A stretch of DNA of 64,000 nucleotides from Eledone cirrhosa (lineage: Eukaryota): the NCBI GenBank assembly GCA_964016885.1, contig OZ024746.1, positions 12,710,001 to 12,774,000 on the forward strand. The letters run 5' to 3'. Below, one piece after another: positions 28,957 through 42,756 of this stretch (position 1 is the stretch's first letter; every line of letters starts with the position of its first letter). The notes beneath the pieces are model-generated. The model ran no database searches and had not been told where the DNA came from. It saw only the letters and a list, made by a program, of their open reading frames with translations. The translations under genes were made by a program, and so were the position numbers.

Positions 28957-29593
28957 GGGATCAGATGTTGTTTACTCGAGAGAAGGCTATGTTGGTATGG
29001 ACACGTGATGCGCATGAAAGTCGATAGCTGTATAACAAAGTGCAGGGCAATAAAGATAGACGGTAGTCACGGAATAGGCAGACCTAGAAAAACCTGGGAC
29101 GAGCTGATAAACTCCGACATCACACACTTACACCTCTCCAAGACAATGTCACTGGACCGAGACCTTTGGCGGTACTCAGTAACAGAGAAGACCCGCCTTA
29201 CCTAAATATATAGTAAAACCTACTCCAGCCAGTAGGCATCTCTAACAAAATACACCCCGTCCCACCACCACCACCCCATCCACACCACCCCGTTCTATGC
29301 AAAGTTATGTTGGTGCCGCGCCATCCAGGCCGAAACAAATGAGATCGTGTAGGTGTCACGACAAAAAAACACACAGTCCACGCTGTAATGTAGCCGTGTA
29401 GGCAACACGGTAAAAACCTCCCAGACCCACACTGTAAATGTGGTTGGTGTTAGGAAGGGCATCCAACTGTAGAAAACCTGCCAGACAGTCCTATGCGAGC
29501 AAGACAATCACTCTTGCCTCAAGTGGGACTACCCCCGTCCAAACCCATGCAAGCGTGGAACACGGACGTTAAACGTTGATGATGATGATGATG
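28957..29593 (+). mobile_element. RTE LINE family B 3' fragment
   Basis: Nearly identical to the reverse complement of 50298-50945 ([16 protein letters not shown]...TEKTRLT plus UTR). Confidence 0.92.
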
Positions 29594-29596
29594 ATT

Positions 29597-29635
<39 letters not shown>

Positions 29636-29731
29636 TTATATATATATATATATATATTATATTTATATATATATATATATATATTATCATCATCATCATC
29701 ACCGTTTATATTTATATATATATATATATTA

Positions 29732-29827
<96 letters not shown>

Positions 29828-30053
29828 AATAATAATGAAATTATTGTGTACAGTGCTCAGGTGCACTACAACTCATCAAAGGTGCATGTATAGTACATAG
29901 AATAATGTACAAATGTCAGGAAAATAAACAGTGTATGAGTCATGATATAATAACAATAACAATAATGAAATATTGTGCACAGTGCCCAGGTGCACCACAA
30001 CCCATCAAAAAAGTGCATGTACAGTACATAGGGCAATGCACAAACATCAGTAA

Positions 30054-30106
<53 letters not shown>

Positions 30107-30183
30107 ATATATATATATTATATATATATTATATATATATATATTATATATATATTATATATATATATATTATATATATATAT

Positions 30184-30218
<35 letters not shown>

Positions 30219-30240
30219 ATATATATATATATATAATATA

Positions 30241-30288
<48 letters not shown>

Positions 30289-30550
30289 ACATGCAGAGTA
30301 TGTATAAACATTCTTCACTAACACACATTACAAACATACTCAATGACACAATGATAAAGTTACACAAACATGACATACACATACATACACATAGAGACAC
30401 ATACATACTCTCCTTATCTACACATACACACACATAGAGACACATACATACTCTCCTTATACACATACACACACATACATACTCTCCTTATACACATAAA
30501 CCTCATGACTGATGACACACATACAAATTATACCACTCAGATCACAAATC

Positions 30551-30750
30551 NNNNNNNNNNNNNNNNNNNNNNNNNNNNNNNNNNNNNNNNNNNNNNNNNN
30601 NNNNNNNNNNNNNNNNNNNNNNNNNNNNNNNNNNNNNNNNNNNNNNNNNNNNNNNNNNNNNNNNNNNNNNNNNNNNNNNNNNNNNNNNNNNNNNNNNNNN
30701 NNNNNNNNNNNNNNNNNNNNNNNNNNNNNNNNNNNNNNNNNNNNNNNNNN
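30551..30750. other. Assembly gap (200 N)
   Basis: Run of n. Confidence 1.
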
Positions 30751-30753
30751 GAT

Positions 30754-30942
<189 letters not shown>

Positions 30943-31237
30943 CCAACGTTATTTTCCAATTCAAGACAGTTTAAATATAAGTTTGAAAGCAGAGCCAACT
31001 AAAAATAATTCCAGCTAGATCCAGTCAACAAAATCTCCATACGGTTTAAATGCTCAGTAAGTCTCCAATTTCCGAATGGCTAACTGTCAGCAGAAGGGTA
31101 CCCAGGAGAGATGACCTGGATGCGGCTCAGACCCCTTACAGTGTAAGAAGTTAAGGGCTGAAACACTCGCTTCAGTGGGGTTTCTTCTCTGAAGACCTTC
31201 TGCTGTCCAGCTCTCCTGGGAGTTTCTTACCATTATG

Positions 31238-31329
<92 letters not shown>

Positions 31330-31402
31330 TAACATTAAAGTTTAAGCAAAGAATCGCTGCTTTCACCCTTTGGATTTTAGTCTTCGCATTTATTATTATT
31401 AT

Positions 31403-31446
<44 letters not shown>

Positions 31447-31495
31447 ATATATGTATAAATATATATATATGTGTGTGTGTATGTATATATATATA

Positions 31496-31576
<81 letters not shown>

Positions 31577-32147
31577 AAGTGAGTCCTTCATCAGTGACCC
31601 TCCAACCGTCCTAGGCATTTCATCGCTTTAAGGGCCATATGCCTCAGGTTGGTGCGAACAACGGCTAAAAAAAGTCGTTGGGACACGTAAACAAAGGGGA
31701 CGCCAGGGTAACAACAAAAAAGTTTAAGCAACGGAAAGTGAGAAGAAATAGACAAGTCCCAGATCTCTATGAATATAAACTCGGTGAAATCTTGAACAAG
31801 AGACAAAAGACACAAAAGACCATCAAACCTGGTTGAAATGTGAGCAAGGAAAGAATTTCGCCCACCAAGTTTGACGGGGGGGGGGGGGGGGGAGATAGAA
31901 AGGAGAGAAGAAGAAGAAGAAGAAGAAGAAGAAGAAGAAGGAAGAAGAAGAAGAAGAAGAAGAAGATAAAGGGGTCTGGTCTACGATTCGGTAAACGTAA
32001 GTTTTGTGAAGTCGCAGACGAAAGAGAGAGAGAAAAAAAAAAAATATATATATATAATATGTGCATTGAATGCATTATATATGCTATGAATGCGTTTCAC
32101 CCAGCTTGGCTGGTTATATTGACTTTGATAGACATTTGTACTATCAA

Positions 32148-32213
32148 ATATAATTACTCTGAAGAATCTACATTGTTCATTAACGTGGGTGAAACATTAT
32201 GTAAGAATTATAT
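32148..32213 (+). ncRNA. Putative type I hammerhead ribozyme (family H3)
   Basis: Helix I ATATAATT(A)CT/AGAATTATAT; CTGAAGA at 32159-32165; helix II ATCTACATT/AACGTGGGT; GAAA at 32191-32194; CAT-T-ATG stem; GUA site at 32201-32203. Confidence 0.65.
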
Positions 32214-32471
32214 AAATATTTTGTATAACGACTTGCGACTCTTACATTTATTCATTTGCTTTTTTTTCCAATTCCAACCCGCCCGTCCCTCAATCTATCT
32301 TATTTCTCGTTTCTTTCTTCTGGTGAAGGACTAGCGTTCGAAACGTTAAGACCCTCTTCCTGCTATATCAAGCGTTAACCTAATATATCCCTTCCATTAT
32401 ATACTATACCGATTGTGTTGTTATTTCTGTTTACCTTTTACACACACACCACCACACACACACACACACAC

Positions 32472-32517
<46 letters not shown>

Positions 32518-33044
32518 TACGTCATTAGCGACGATGGGGACTCACATTATGACATTGTCTTCGACACTAAGGGACAAGTTGGGCTTGTGAAAGGGCGCGG
32601 CCATTCTTTGCTTCCTCCAGGCACTGCAGTCTGCCAGGTCGTGTCATGTTGAGAAGTTGAAACTGTTGGCATTTACATCTGCCGAGTTACCACTAAATAA
32701 TTGTTTCTACTTTTGGCACAAGGCCAGCAATTACCCCAGTGCATTACTGGTACTTTATTTTATCGACCCCATAAGGATGAAAGGCAAAGCTAACCTCAGC
32801 GGGATTTGAACTCAGAACGTAAAGGCCCGTAACTCTATGTTGTCCGGCGCGCTACCGATACTGCCAAAGCTCGTCGATGTCGACGATGAGTGTTCTAGTT
32901 GTTCCATTAATTGAACAGACTGCTCCTGAAATTAACTTGTATGGAGGGACCAATGGAAGGTAGAAGAAATCGTGGTCTATCTAAATGAACATTGCAGATA
33001 GGCCTCACTTCACCCCTTGACCACTTCAATAACTTGACCACTTA

Positions 33045-33267
33045 TCCTTTAGCATTTACATTACTCTATATTTACTATCGTATTTTCATGGTAAAGGCTT
33101 TATTTCACATAATTATCTCACATAATATCGAATCTACGAGATTTTGATATTATTTTATTTTGAGAACAATACCTTGACATAATGTATGAGCGGCCAGTTA
33201 CAGCCGGTTTGAACAGAAAGGGGTAAGAGAATTCTGGCCGAATATGGCTGGTTTAAATGCTAAAGGG
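33045..33267. mobile_element. piggyBac-type MITE family 1
   Basis: (t)cctttagcattt...aaatgctaaaggg|TTAA. Body matches 9757-9963. Confidence 0.85.
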
Positions 33268-35174
33268 TTAAACTTGACAGAATAAATGGAGTGTTTTCAA
33301 ATGAGGGTGTACAGTATGTAAATTTGAAGCAAACCAAGATATTTGTGGGTTCCCTAATCTCAGTGATGGAGTTAGGTGTTAGGTGTAGCTAAGTATGTCT
33401 TTATTTCGAAGTCCCTGGTGAAAGAAAAAACAATTCTGAAAACTAAAATAAAAATTAAAAAAAAAAAGATAAAAAGGGGAAAACAAATAAAATAACAAAA
33501 ATAAAATTTCAATATTTGAAATTTTATTTTTGTTATTTTATTTGTTTTCCCATTTTCTCTTTTTTTATTTTTATTTTAGTTGGGTTTTTATTTTATTTTA
33601 TGTTTTATTACTTGTCTCACTAGTCTGTCCGTGGCTTACTAGCTCTATACGGACGTTTGAAATACTGTTAGTATTTCAGCTCATATTCAATCCCCAAAAG
33701 GTGGGTAAAGAATTTTAAAAAGGAGGAAGAATGATGGGGGAGAGGAGATGGTGAAGGGGGGTAGGAGGAGGAAGATAGATTGATTGTCTTCATCATATCT
33801 TACACTATGCTGAGATGAAAACTTAAACCCAATAACACAGTGCTTCTGCTTATACTGCCACTTGAAGCAATGAACTGTATCTAGTCATGGTACTCAATTA
33901 CTGAGAGAGTGAGAGAAAGAGGAGTTTATATTTTTTATGGTAGCAGGATACAAACCTCTGAGCAAATTTGACCAACAGTCTGATCCTTTACAGCTCAACA
34001 ACACACTAAAACATTTCACTTATTATAAATCAGACTTGAAACAAAGATCTCATAGGATGTTTACTCTACTTACTTTCAAGTAAGTGACAGGTTAGTGATA
34101 TGAAAATGTTCAAGTGTAAACTAGAAAGAGGTTCTGATACACACTAAATTCTTAAACTGAACATCTAACTGATTACATTACCATGACACCTGTCATGAAA
34201 AATAATATCCTATATTTATAACAAAAAACAAAATGTTAGGATGTAATGCCACATAACACCAATTCTTCCCTATAACTTAATGTTTAACTGGTCAAGTTCA
34301 TACATTTACAACTATTTCTCACTAGTTCTATTATCTTACTGTTCGCATCAAGTTTCTATGTATAATCAGGATGTCGACCAGCTATTGGTATGGATTAGAT
34401 GGTCCCTAGTAGCAAATGGAAATATAATGCTTACCATAAAAACTTCATGCCCACAGAAAGCAATGAGGAACTCAAATATTAACATGAGCCACTGATGATG
34501 AAGTATCTTCTGTGGTCCGTTGACCAAATTTCTCACAAACCACAGCTCACCATCTTAAAAAAGAACACATTGAAAGGTGTAGTCCAAAATTCTTGACAGA
34601 AAAGAACAAAGATGGAATGATCATAGCTGGACTACTTTTCATCATAGTTCTGGTAGAATGCAAGGATGTATCTAAGCAAGACATGGGGCACTGGCCTATC
34701 TGAAAGGTCAGTATCTTGAATATGGAGATAGTCAATGGCAGGCATGGTTAACCTTTTACAAGCAGTAGTCCACATAAGATGTGGTTCAGCATAAGGCAGG
34801 TCACACTACTAAAACATTCCAGGCAATTTTGAAATTAGGCGTACCATTCAGAAAGTGAACCAGATGGCATGTAGTTCATGAGCCATAGTTTGCCCATGAC
34901 TAGTCTATGGTAACCCATCCAACCCTTTCTAGCAGGGAAAACAACTGGATACCATTATAAAGGCATGCCAGATCATTACAGTATAAGACCATCAGAATTC
35001 CATGAAATCCTACATGAAACTGCTAAAGTTGACAGCAGCATCTAACTGAAATTGATGTTGATAATAAGGAATTTGAGAGGAAACTCTGTATAATAAGTAA
35101 AGTACATTCCTTGAGTTCTCAATCTGCAATTAATCTCTTAAATGTTCAAAATATCACCCAATAAAATTGTTTAA

Positions 35175-35599
35175 CCCTTTAGCATTTACATTACTCTTTG
35201 TTTACTATTATATTTTCACAGTAAATAGGTGGATTGGCAGTATCGATAGAGGGTCGGACGCCATGCTTTGATGCATAGAGTTACGGCCCTTGCCATTCTG
35301 AGTTCAAATCCCACTGAGGTTAACTTTGCCTTTCATCCTTACGGGGTCGATAAAATAAAGTACCGGTAATGTACTGAGTAATTGCTGGCCTTGTGCCAAA
35401 AGTAGAAACAATTATATTTTCACAGTAAAGGCTTTACCTCACATAATTATCTCACATAATATCGAATCTATGAGATTTTGATGTTATTTATTTTGAGAAC
35501 AATACCTTAATGTAAGTATGAGCAGCCAGTTACAGCCAGTTTGAACAGAAAGTGGTGAGAGAATTCTGGCTGGATATGACTGGTTTAAATGCTAAAGGG
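35175..35599. mobile_element. piggyBac-type MITE family 1 containing a nested SINE
   Basis: TTAA flanks at 35171-35174 and 35600-35603. SINE inserted at 35226-35410. Confidence 0.88.
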
Positions 35600-36218
35600 T
35601 TAAAGGTGGTGAATTGAGAGAGTTATTAGAATATTTGCACTATTAGTGCCAGTTCTCTGCACTCTGAGTTGAAATCTCACTGAAATCAACTTTGCCTTTC
35701 ATCCTTCTTAAAAAAAAGTACTATCCAGTACTGGGTAGATTCTTCCTCTATATCTCTTTCTCCTTCTCTGGAGGTAATCAACTGTATTAAAACCTGGGGA
35801 GGGGATGGGCTTCACCAGGTTTAAAACATGTCATGTGTCAATACACCCCTACAACTCCATCAGAAGTTAAAGGTTCATACACACATACATAATTGTATAA
35901 TCTCATAAATATTCAAATGTTCAGTATTTATATATTCCTGTATATTTTATACATTCAAGCATACTCTAGCACAGAGTTATTTATTTTCATGAATTTCTTG
36001 AATCAAATCAAGTCATCAACAGTATGTGGCTTTCCTCAAAATAATTTATCTTTCATAATACCCCAAAAGAAGAAATCCATTCAATTGGCCCTCTTTGATC
36101 TATCCATTTATAGGGAAATTTCCAATAAAAAATTTCACACACTATTACAACATGTTGGAAAAGAAGTTATTTTCATGCTGTAATTATAATATTGGTATTA
36201 TATCCTTCAGCATATTAA

Positions 36219-36462
36219 CCCTTTTGATACCAAACCAACTGGTTCTATGATACAAAACTGTTTGTTTTAAAGTGTTTATATTTATTTGAAAGCATTCCAT
36301 CACAATTTTTCTGTAAGAACATTTGTTATGTTATGTTCCAAACAAGGCCTAATAATGAGAAGTTTGATTATATTACTAAATCCCTCCAAATTCTTGATTA
36401 TTTTCAATAGTAATTGAAAACCATAGGCAGTATGTGTTATTAGAAATATGGTAATGAAAGGG
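36219..36462. mobile_element. piggyBac-type MITE family 2
   Basis: TTAA|CCCTTTTGATACC...GGTAATGAAAGGG|TTAA. Related copy at ~740-975. Confidence 0.82.
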
Positions 36463-36639
36463 TTAAGGTAATAGATATTTCGTAAGTCTGTCTAAACTAT
36501 GGTCCCATATTGTTTGTTAAACAATAGACACACATCTGCTTATTGACAGCAACTGAACATTTTAAAATGGCTTCATCAAACTAAATAACTTTATGAATGA
36601 TGCTATCGTCTTCTCTGATTTTATTCAAAATTAATTCAC

Positions 36640-36790
36640 AGGGCCACCTCCCTACACATCACCATTTGCTCAGAGTTGGCTACCTGCAGGTATGAGCCTC
36701 ACAGGCTGGAATGGCTCATCCAGCGTGTCTCCCTCACCATCCTCTGGGGCTGCAGGGCAGCCAATCTGCCGAGGGGCAGCCAGCGCATGG
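36640..36790 (+). mobile_element. CRE-like retrotransposon C-terminal (RLE-end) fragment
   Basis: ELATCRYEPHRLEWLIQRVSLTILWG resembles the CRE terminal motif (DPRE..FLFQRLS+AI.RGN). A homologous copy lies at 47205-47310 (-). Confidence 0.55.
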
Positions 36791-37274
36791 GGCCCTTATT
36801 TGCTCATAATAGTGAGAGATGGGGAGAGTGAGAGAGACAGAGACAGTGGAAAATTTGGTTCCTTTTGTGTTCGGACCTGGTGTATATATATATATATATA
36901 TTTCACAGACATTACCTACGTGAAAGAACATTTTCTATTTCTATTTTAACCAAGTGACTTCAATTGAATTCCTGCCCTGTTGAACCCCTCCACCACCTCC
37001 ACCCCTATCCCAATACTTATATTCTACATACATTCACAGAATTGCAACGTGATCTGGACCAGCCTTTAACAATCCATAAACTATAGGATTAGTCAATGGA
37101 TTGTTAAAGGATGATCCAGCACATCTTCAGATTTATAGGCTGCATCATACAACCTAAATATCTGCTGGAAATAGTTAACTCTTTAGAAACTCTCTTCTTT
37201 GATATGCCTGAGCAACTAACATTTCAGGTTCATGGCTAGAATAGACTGATTGGTGAACCAGACTTTAATACTTT

Positions 37275-37390
37275 ACAAATGGAACCAGTTTCATCAAAGT
37301 TGTCAAGTAATCTGTAAATTGTTGGTGGAGATGTATCAAATTCTTCAGCCCATCTCTCTCAAATATTTTCAGCATTCTTTGTCTTCTGGT
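37275..37390 (-). mobile_element. Tc1/mariner-type N-terminal HTH fragment
   Basis: RWAEEFDTSPPTIYRLLDNFDETGSI resembles the PPS..TI.R...KF.ETGSV helix-turn-helix. Confidence 0.5.
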
Positions 37391-38024
37391 ATTGTTCATT
37401 GGCCATTGTTCAAATTACTAGTCATGATGAGGATGGTGATGATGATGGTGCTGGTGGTGGTGGTGATAGTGGTGACAATGATGATGATGATGGTGATAAG
37501 GATGACAATGATGATGATGACGATGATAATAAGGATAGTAATGATGGTGGTGATGTTGGTGGTGGTGACGGTGTCAGTGGTGGTGGTGGTGGTGGTTTGG
37601 TGGTGGTGACAGCAACAGCTGTGCAGGGAGTGAGAGGGTGAAGGAGGTGAGGCTGATGATGGTGGTGGTGGTAGCGGTGGAGGTGGTGGTGCTGGGTTGG
37701 GGGGAGGGGGTGAAAAGGGGAGGGGGTAAAGGAGGTGATGACGATGATGATGATGATGGTAGTGGTGATGGTGGTGGTGGTGGTCGTAGTGGGGTGGGAG
37801 TGAAGGAGGTGAGGATGATAAAGATGATGGTAGTGGTGATGGTGGTGGTTGTGGCGACGTCAGTGACAGTGGGTGAGAGGGAGGAGGTGATGATAATGAT
37901 GTTTCCATTATCCTGAATGTTTGCTGTCAACCCCAGTGATAACATGCTACCTCTTTTGACGAGTAATAGGAGGATCATTTCGTGGAGCAGTAGACTTATT
38001 TAGCTAGAAACGCGACACACTCGC

Positions 38025-39116
38025 GCTCTCACACACTCTCTCTCTCTCACACACTCTCTCTCACACTCTCTCTCTCTCTCACACACTCTCTCTCACACTC
38101 TCTCTCTCACACACACACTCTCTCTCTCACACACTCTCTCTCTCTCACACACTCTCTCTCACACTCTCTCTCTCTCTCACACACTCTCTCTCTCACACAC
38201 ACACTCTCTCTCTCACACACTCTCTCTCACACACACACTCTCTCTCTCACACACTCTCTCTCTCACACACACACTCTCTCTCTCTCTCACACACTCTCTC
38301 TCTCTCACACACTCTCTCTCTCACACACTCTCTCTCTCACACTCTCTCTCTTACACACACACTCTCTCTCACACACTCTCTCTCTCTCACACACTCTCTC
38401 TCACACTCTCTCTCTCACACACACTCTCTCTCTCACACACTCTCTCTTACACTCTCTCTCACACACACACTCTCTCTCTCTCTCTCACACACTCTCTCTT
38501 ACACTCTCTCTCTCTCTCACACACTCTCTCTCTTTTACACACACACTCTCTCTCTCTCACACACACTCTCTCTCTTACACTCTCTCTCTCTCACACACAC
38601 ACTCTCTCTCTAAAACACACTCTCTCTCTCTCACACACACTCTTTCTCACACACACTCTCTCTCTCACACTCTTTCACACACACACTCTCTCTCTCACAC
38701 ACACACTCTCTCTCTCACCCTGACACACACACACACTCTCTCTCTCTCACACACACACACTCTCTCTCTCACACACACACACTCTCTCTCTCACACACAC
38801 ACTCCCTCTCTCACACACACACTCACACGCTCTCTCTCTCATACACTCTCTCTCTCACTCACACTCTCTCTCTCACACTCACACTCTCTCTCTCACACAC
38901 ACTCTCTCTCTCACACACTCTCTCAAACACTCTCTCTCTCTCACACACACACACTCACTCTCTCACTCACACACACACTCTCTCTCTCACACACACACAC
39001 ACTCTCTCTCTCACACACACACACACTCCCTCTCTTACACACACACACTCACACGCTCTCTCTCTCTCTCACACACATGCACACACACTCTTTCTCTCTG
39101 TCACACACACACACAC
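38025..39116. repeat. Compound (CT)n(CA)n microsatellite
   Basis: Direct reading. Confidence 0.95.
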
Positions 39117-39594
39117 AAGAAAAAACTATGAAAAGCTGCTCTAATCAGCCCAGTTAAATTTCAACATCAAACCATCCATTTCTGGTGCAGAGGGGAGAGG
39201 CAGGACTTCTGGATGGTTCTTTGTTGATGTTTTTTTAAGATGGGAGGGGGCCATTATTTATAATTTTTATGTACCTATTTATATATTTAGTTCACTGCAA
39301 ACAAAAGCAGAGGAGTTGGCCCACAAATCTGTCATCATCATAATCAACTTCATTATCTATCTTCATTATCAACCTTATTATCATCATCACAAGCCATCGA
39401 AAGTACCTCTACATAGTGACTCGATCTGCTAGAAATAGCAACCAAATCTACCTCAAATGACACTCACCCTACCATTTTAAAAATGTGAAGAAACATCAGA
39501 TAATGTAGTCCTAGTTTACACGTCTGTGAAAAACGATTGTTACTATTATTATTGTCATCCATATTGGGGTGGTGGATTGTCAGTATTGATAGAT

Positions 39595-40090
39595 TGAGTC
39601 AGACCTGACCAGATTAGATTGGGTCAGACTGGGTCAAATCGAACTGGGTTAGATCAGGCCAGACCAGACCGGATCGGACAGACTGGATTGATTCAGACCG
39701 GATCAGACCAGATTGGATTAAGCTGGACCAGATCAGACAAGATCGGATCAAACCAGATCGGATCAGACTGAATCGGACAGACAGGATTGGATCAGACCAG
39801 ACCGGATTGGATCAGACCAGATTGGATTAGACCAGATTGGATTAGACCAGATCAGATGACACCATATCAGATGAACCGGATCTGATTGGATCAAGATCAG
39901 GCCAGATTGGATTGCTCCAAATCATATTGGGCCAGATCAGACTGGACTGGATCAGACTGAATCGGATCAGACTGGATCTAGTCTGACTGGATCAGGTCTG
40001 ACCGGATCAGTCAAAACCAAATTGGATTGCTATGGACTAGATTTGGTCAGATAGATCAGGCCAGATCAAAATGGTTCAGATCAAATCAAA
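39595..40090. repeat. Degenerate pentamer array (GATCA/GACCA/GATTG)n
   Basis: 5-bp periodicity visible throughout. Confidence 0.85.
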
Positions 40091-40091
40091 A

Positions 40092-40700
40092 TGGGTCTTC
40101 CACTCTAGCATACTTTTCAGAAGAACATTTGTGATGTCATCAGTAATACCAAACAATCCAAGAATGAGGCACCATATTATATACTTTCTTAGCCCTTTAG
40201 CATTTAAACCGGCCATATCTGGCCAGGGTTCTGTCACTTCTTTCTGTTCAAACTGGCCATAACTGGCCACTCATAATATCAAGGATAAGATATTGTTCTC
40301 AAAATAAATATCAAAATCTCATAGATTCCATATTATGTAAGATATTATGTAAGATAAAGCCTTTACCACAAAAATACAATAGTATATATAGAGTAATGTA
40401 AATGCTAAAGGGTTAAAGTCAATCCAAGCCATAGGTATGTTGGTATGATATTTTTTACAATGCCTCAAAACTGTCTTATCGATCACCAGGTGATCCTTGG
40501 TACATCCTCTTTGTTCCCTTGGTAATATTCCTTTGTGTAAAAGAAAAGTATATGCCTTCTCTACAAATAACATTCCCCCTTCTATCTTTTATTAGAAGTG
40601 TTATTCTTCCTGTCACCATCCAAGAGGGAGCTGCATCTCCCTGCATACATCCATTCAATTGAGTTTCCAGTCTTTCATAAACCGCATTGCATCTCTTCAA
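40092..40700 (-). mobile_element. R4/Dong-clade retrotransposon RT fragment, split by a MITE
   Basis: [15 protein letters not shown]; [18 protein letters not shown]...MAWIDF | RK...MVPHSWI...FGI...SMLEWKT. Confidence 0.8.
40193..40412. mobile_element. piggyBac-type MITE family 1 inside the R4/Dong fragment
   Basis: ttag|ccctttagcattt...aaatgctaaaggg|ttaa. Confidence 0.85.
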
Positions 40701-41374
40701 AATTATTATTCTTATTATTATTAGGGCGGTGGATTGGCAGTATCGGTAGAGGGTCGGACGTCATGCTTTGACGCATAGTGTTACGGCCCTTGCCATTCTG
40801 AGTTTAAATCCCGCCGAGGTTAACTTTGCCTTTCATCCTTGCGGTGTCAATAAAATAAAGTACCAGTAATGCACTGGGTAATTGCTGGCCTTGTGCCAAA
40901 AGTAGAAACAATTATTATTATTCATAATCGGTAGAGCATCATACAACAAGCTTATTGGCATCGAGTCATGGCCCTTTACTTTATGAGTTCAAATCTCGCC
41001 GAGTTTAGCGTTGCCTTTCATCCTCATGGAGGCGATAAAATAAAATACCAGTAATGCACTCGGTCAATGCATTTAATCAACTTTCCCCTCCCCCAAATTG
41101 CTGGCCTTGTGCCTAATGTAGAAACCATTATTATTATTATTATTATTATTGACATTGTCCCCCATCATTATCCTAGCTTCATTATTATTGCCATTATCTC
41201 CATTGTCCCATCATACTCATTGCTCTCATCCCCATCCTCATTAACATAATCACAATAATTAATTGTTCATCATTAACATTCCTCATTAGCATCATTTGTT
41301 ATCATCAGCAGCACTACCCCCACCATCACCACAACCATTATCACTATTACCAACATTATCATCATCATCATCAT

Positions 41375-41411
<37 letters not shown>

Positions 41412-41937
41412 TTCATCTCATCCCCACCACTACCACCACTTTCACCATCATCATCACCACCATCACCAAAACCACCAGCATCATTACCACTACTACCACC
41501 ACCACCACCACCACCACCATCACCAAAACCACCATCACCACCACCACCACCACCACCACCACCATCACCAAAACCACCAGCATCATCACCACCACCACCA
41601 CCACCACCACCATCACCACCACCACCAGCATCATCACCACCACCACCACCACCACCACCACCACCATCACCAAAACCACCAGCACCACCACCACCACCAC
41701 CACCATCACCAAAACCACCACCAGCACCACCACCACCAAAACCACCACCACCACCACCACCACCATCACCAAAATCACCACCATCATCACCACTACTACC
41801 ACCAACATAGTTATCATCATCATTAACAACAGCTGCAGCACTATTACTGATATCACCAACTTCATTAGCCATCTAACTCATTACTGGCATCAGTAGATAT
41901 GCATACATTAACCCTTTAGTAGATATGCATACATTAA

Positions 41938-42362
41938 CCCTTTCATTACCATATTTCTAATGAAAGACATTGCCTATGGTTTTCAATTTTTTTTTTTAAT
42001 AACTAAGAATTTGGAGGGATTTAGTAATATAACTAACTTTCTCCTTATTAACGCTTTAGCATTTTAACCAGTCGTGTCTGGCCAGAATTCTCTATCTTTC
42101 TGTTTAAACTGGCTGTAAGGTATTGTTCTCAAAATAAATAATATCAAAATCTCATAGATTTGATATTATGTGAGATAATTACGTGAGGTAAAGCTCTTAT
42201 GTGAAAATATAATAGTATATATAGAGTCTGGAACTTAAATTAATAAATGGTCTTAAATAAAATTATTAATGGAAAGTTTTTAGATAAATGTAAACATTTT
42301 AAAACAAACAATTTTCTATCAGACAACCAAGGGTCGTTTCGGATGATTTAGTATCAAAAGGG
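41938..42362. mobile_element. piggyBac-type MITE family 2 with partial family 1 MITE nested at an internal TTAA (~42052-42225)
   Basis: TTAA|CCCTTTCATTACC...GTATCAAAAGGG|TTAA. Confidence 0.8.
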
Positions 42363-42756
42363 TTAAATCTATGATTGTATTGATAATAATGATGACCATA
42401 ATCATCATTGCTTTAGTCTAAATCTCTTGTGGAGTATCCTTCCATGAGGCCTCAGTCATTTTGTGAACAACTATATTCTAAGTGCTTTCATTAGAGAAAT
42501 TATGTTTTTATTAGAGAAATTATCTATTTCACAATCATCAACAGAAGCATTTCAGGGTTGAATTAACGAAGTGCCCTCTCCCAGTTGTCCTCCTCTAAAA
42601 TTTACAGGCATACACTCAGAGCAGGCCCATGCAATCATACTATGCTTGTCACTCTCACCCACCTTTCAACTAACTAATAATAATATTAATAATATTATTG
42701 TAGCTTTTTTTTGTGGTTTTAACAGATATTCTTAACCATTCATCCATATCCAACTT

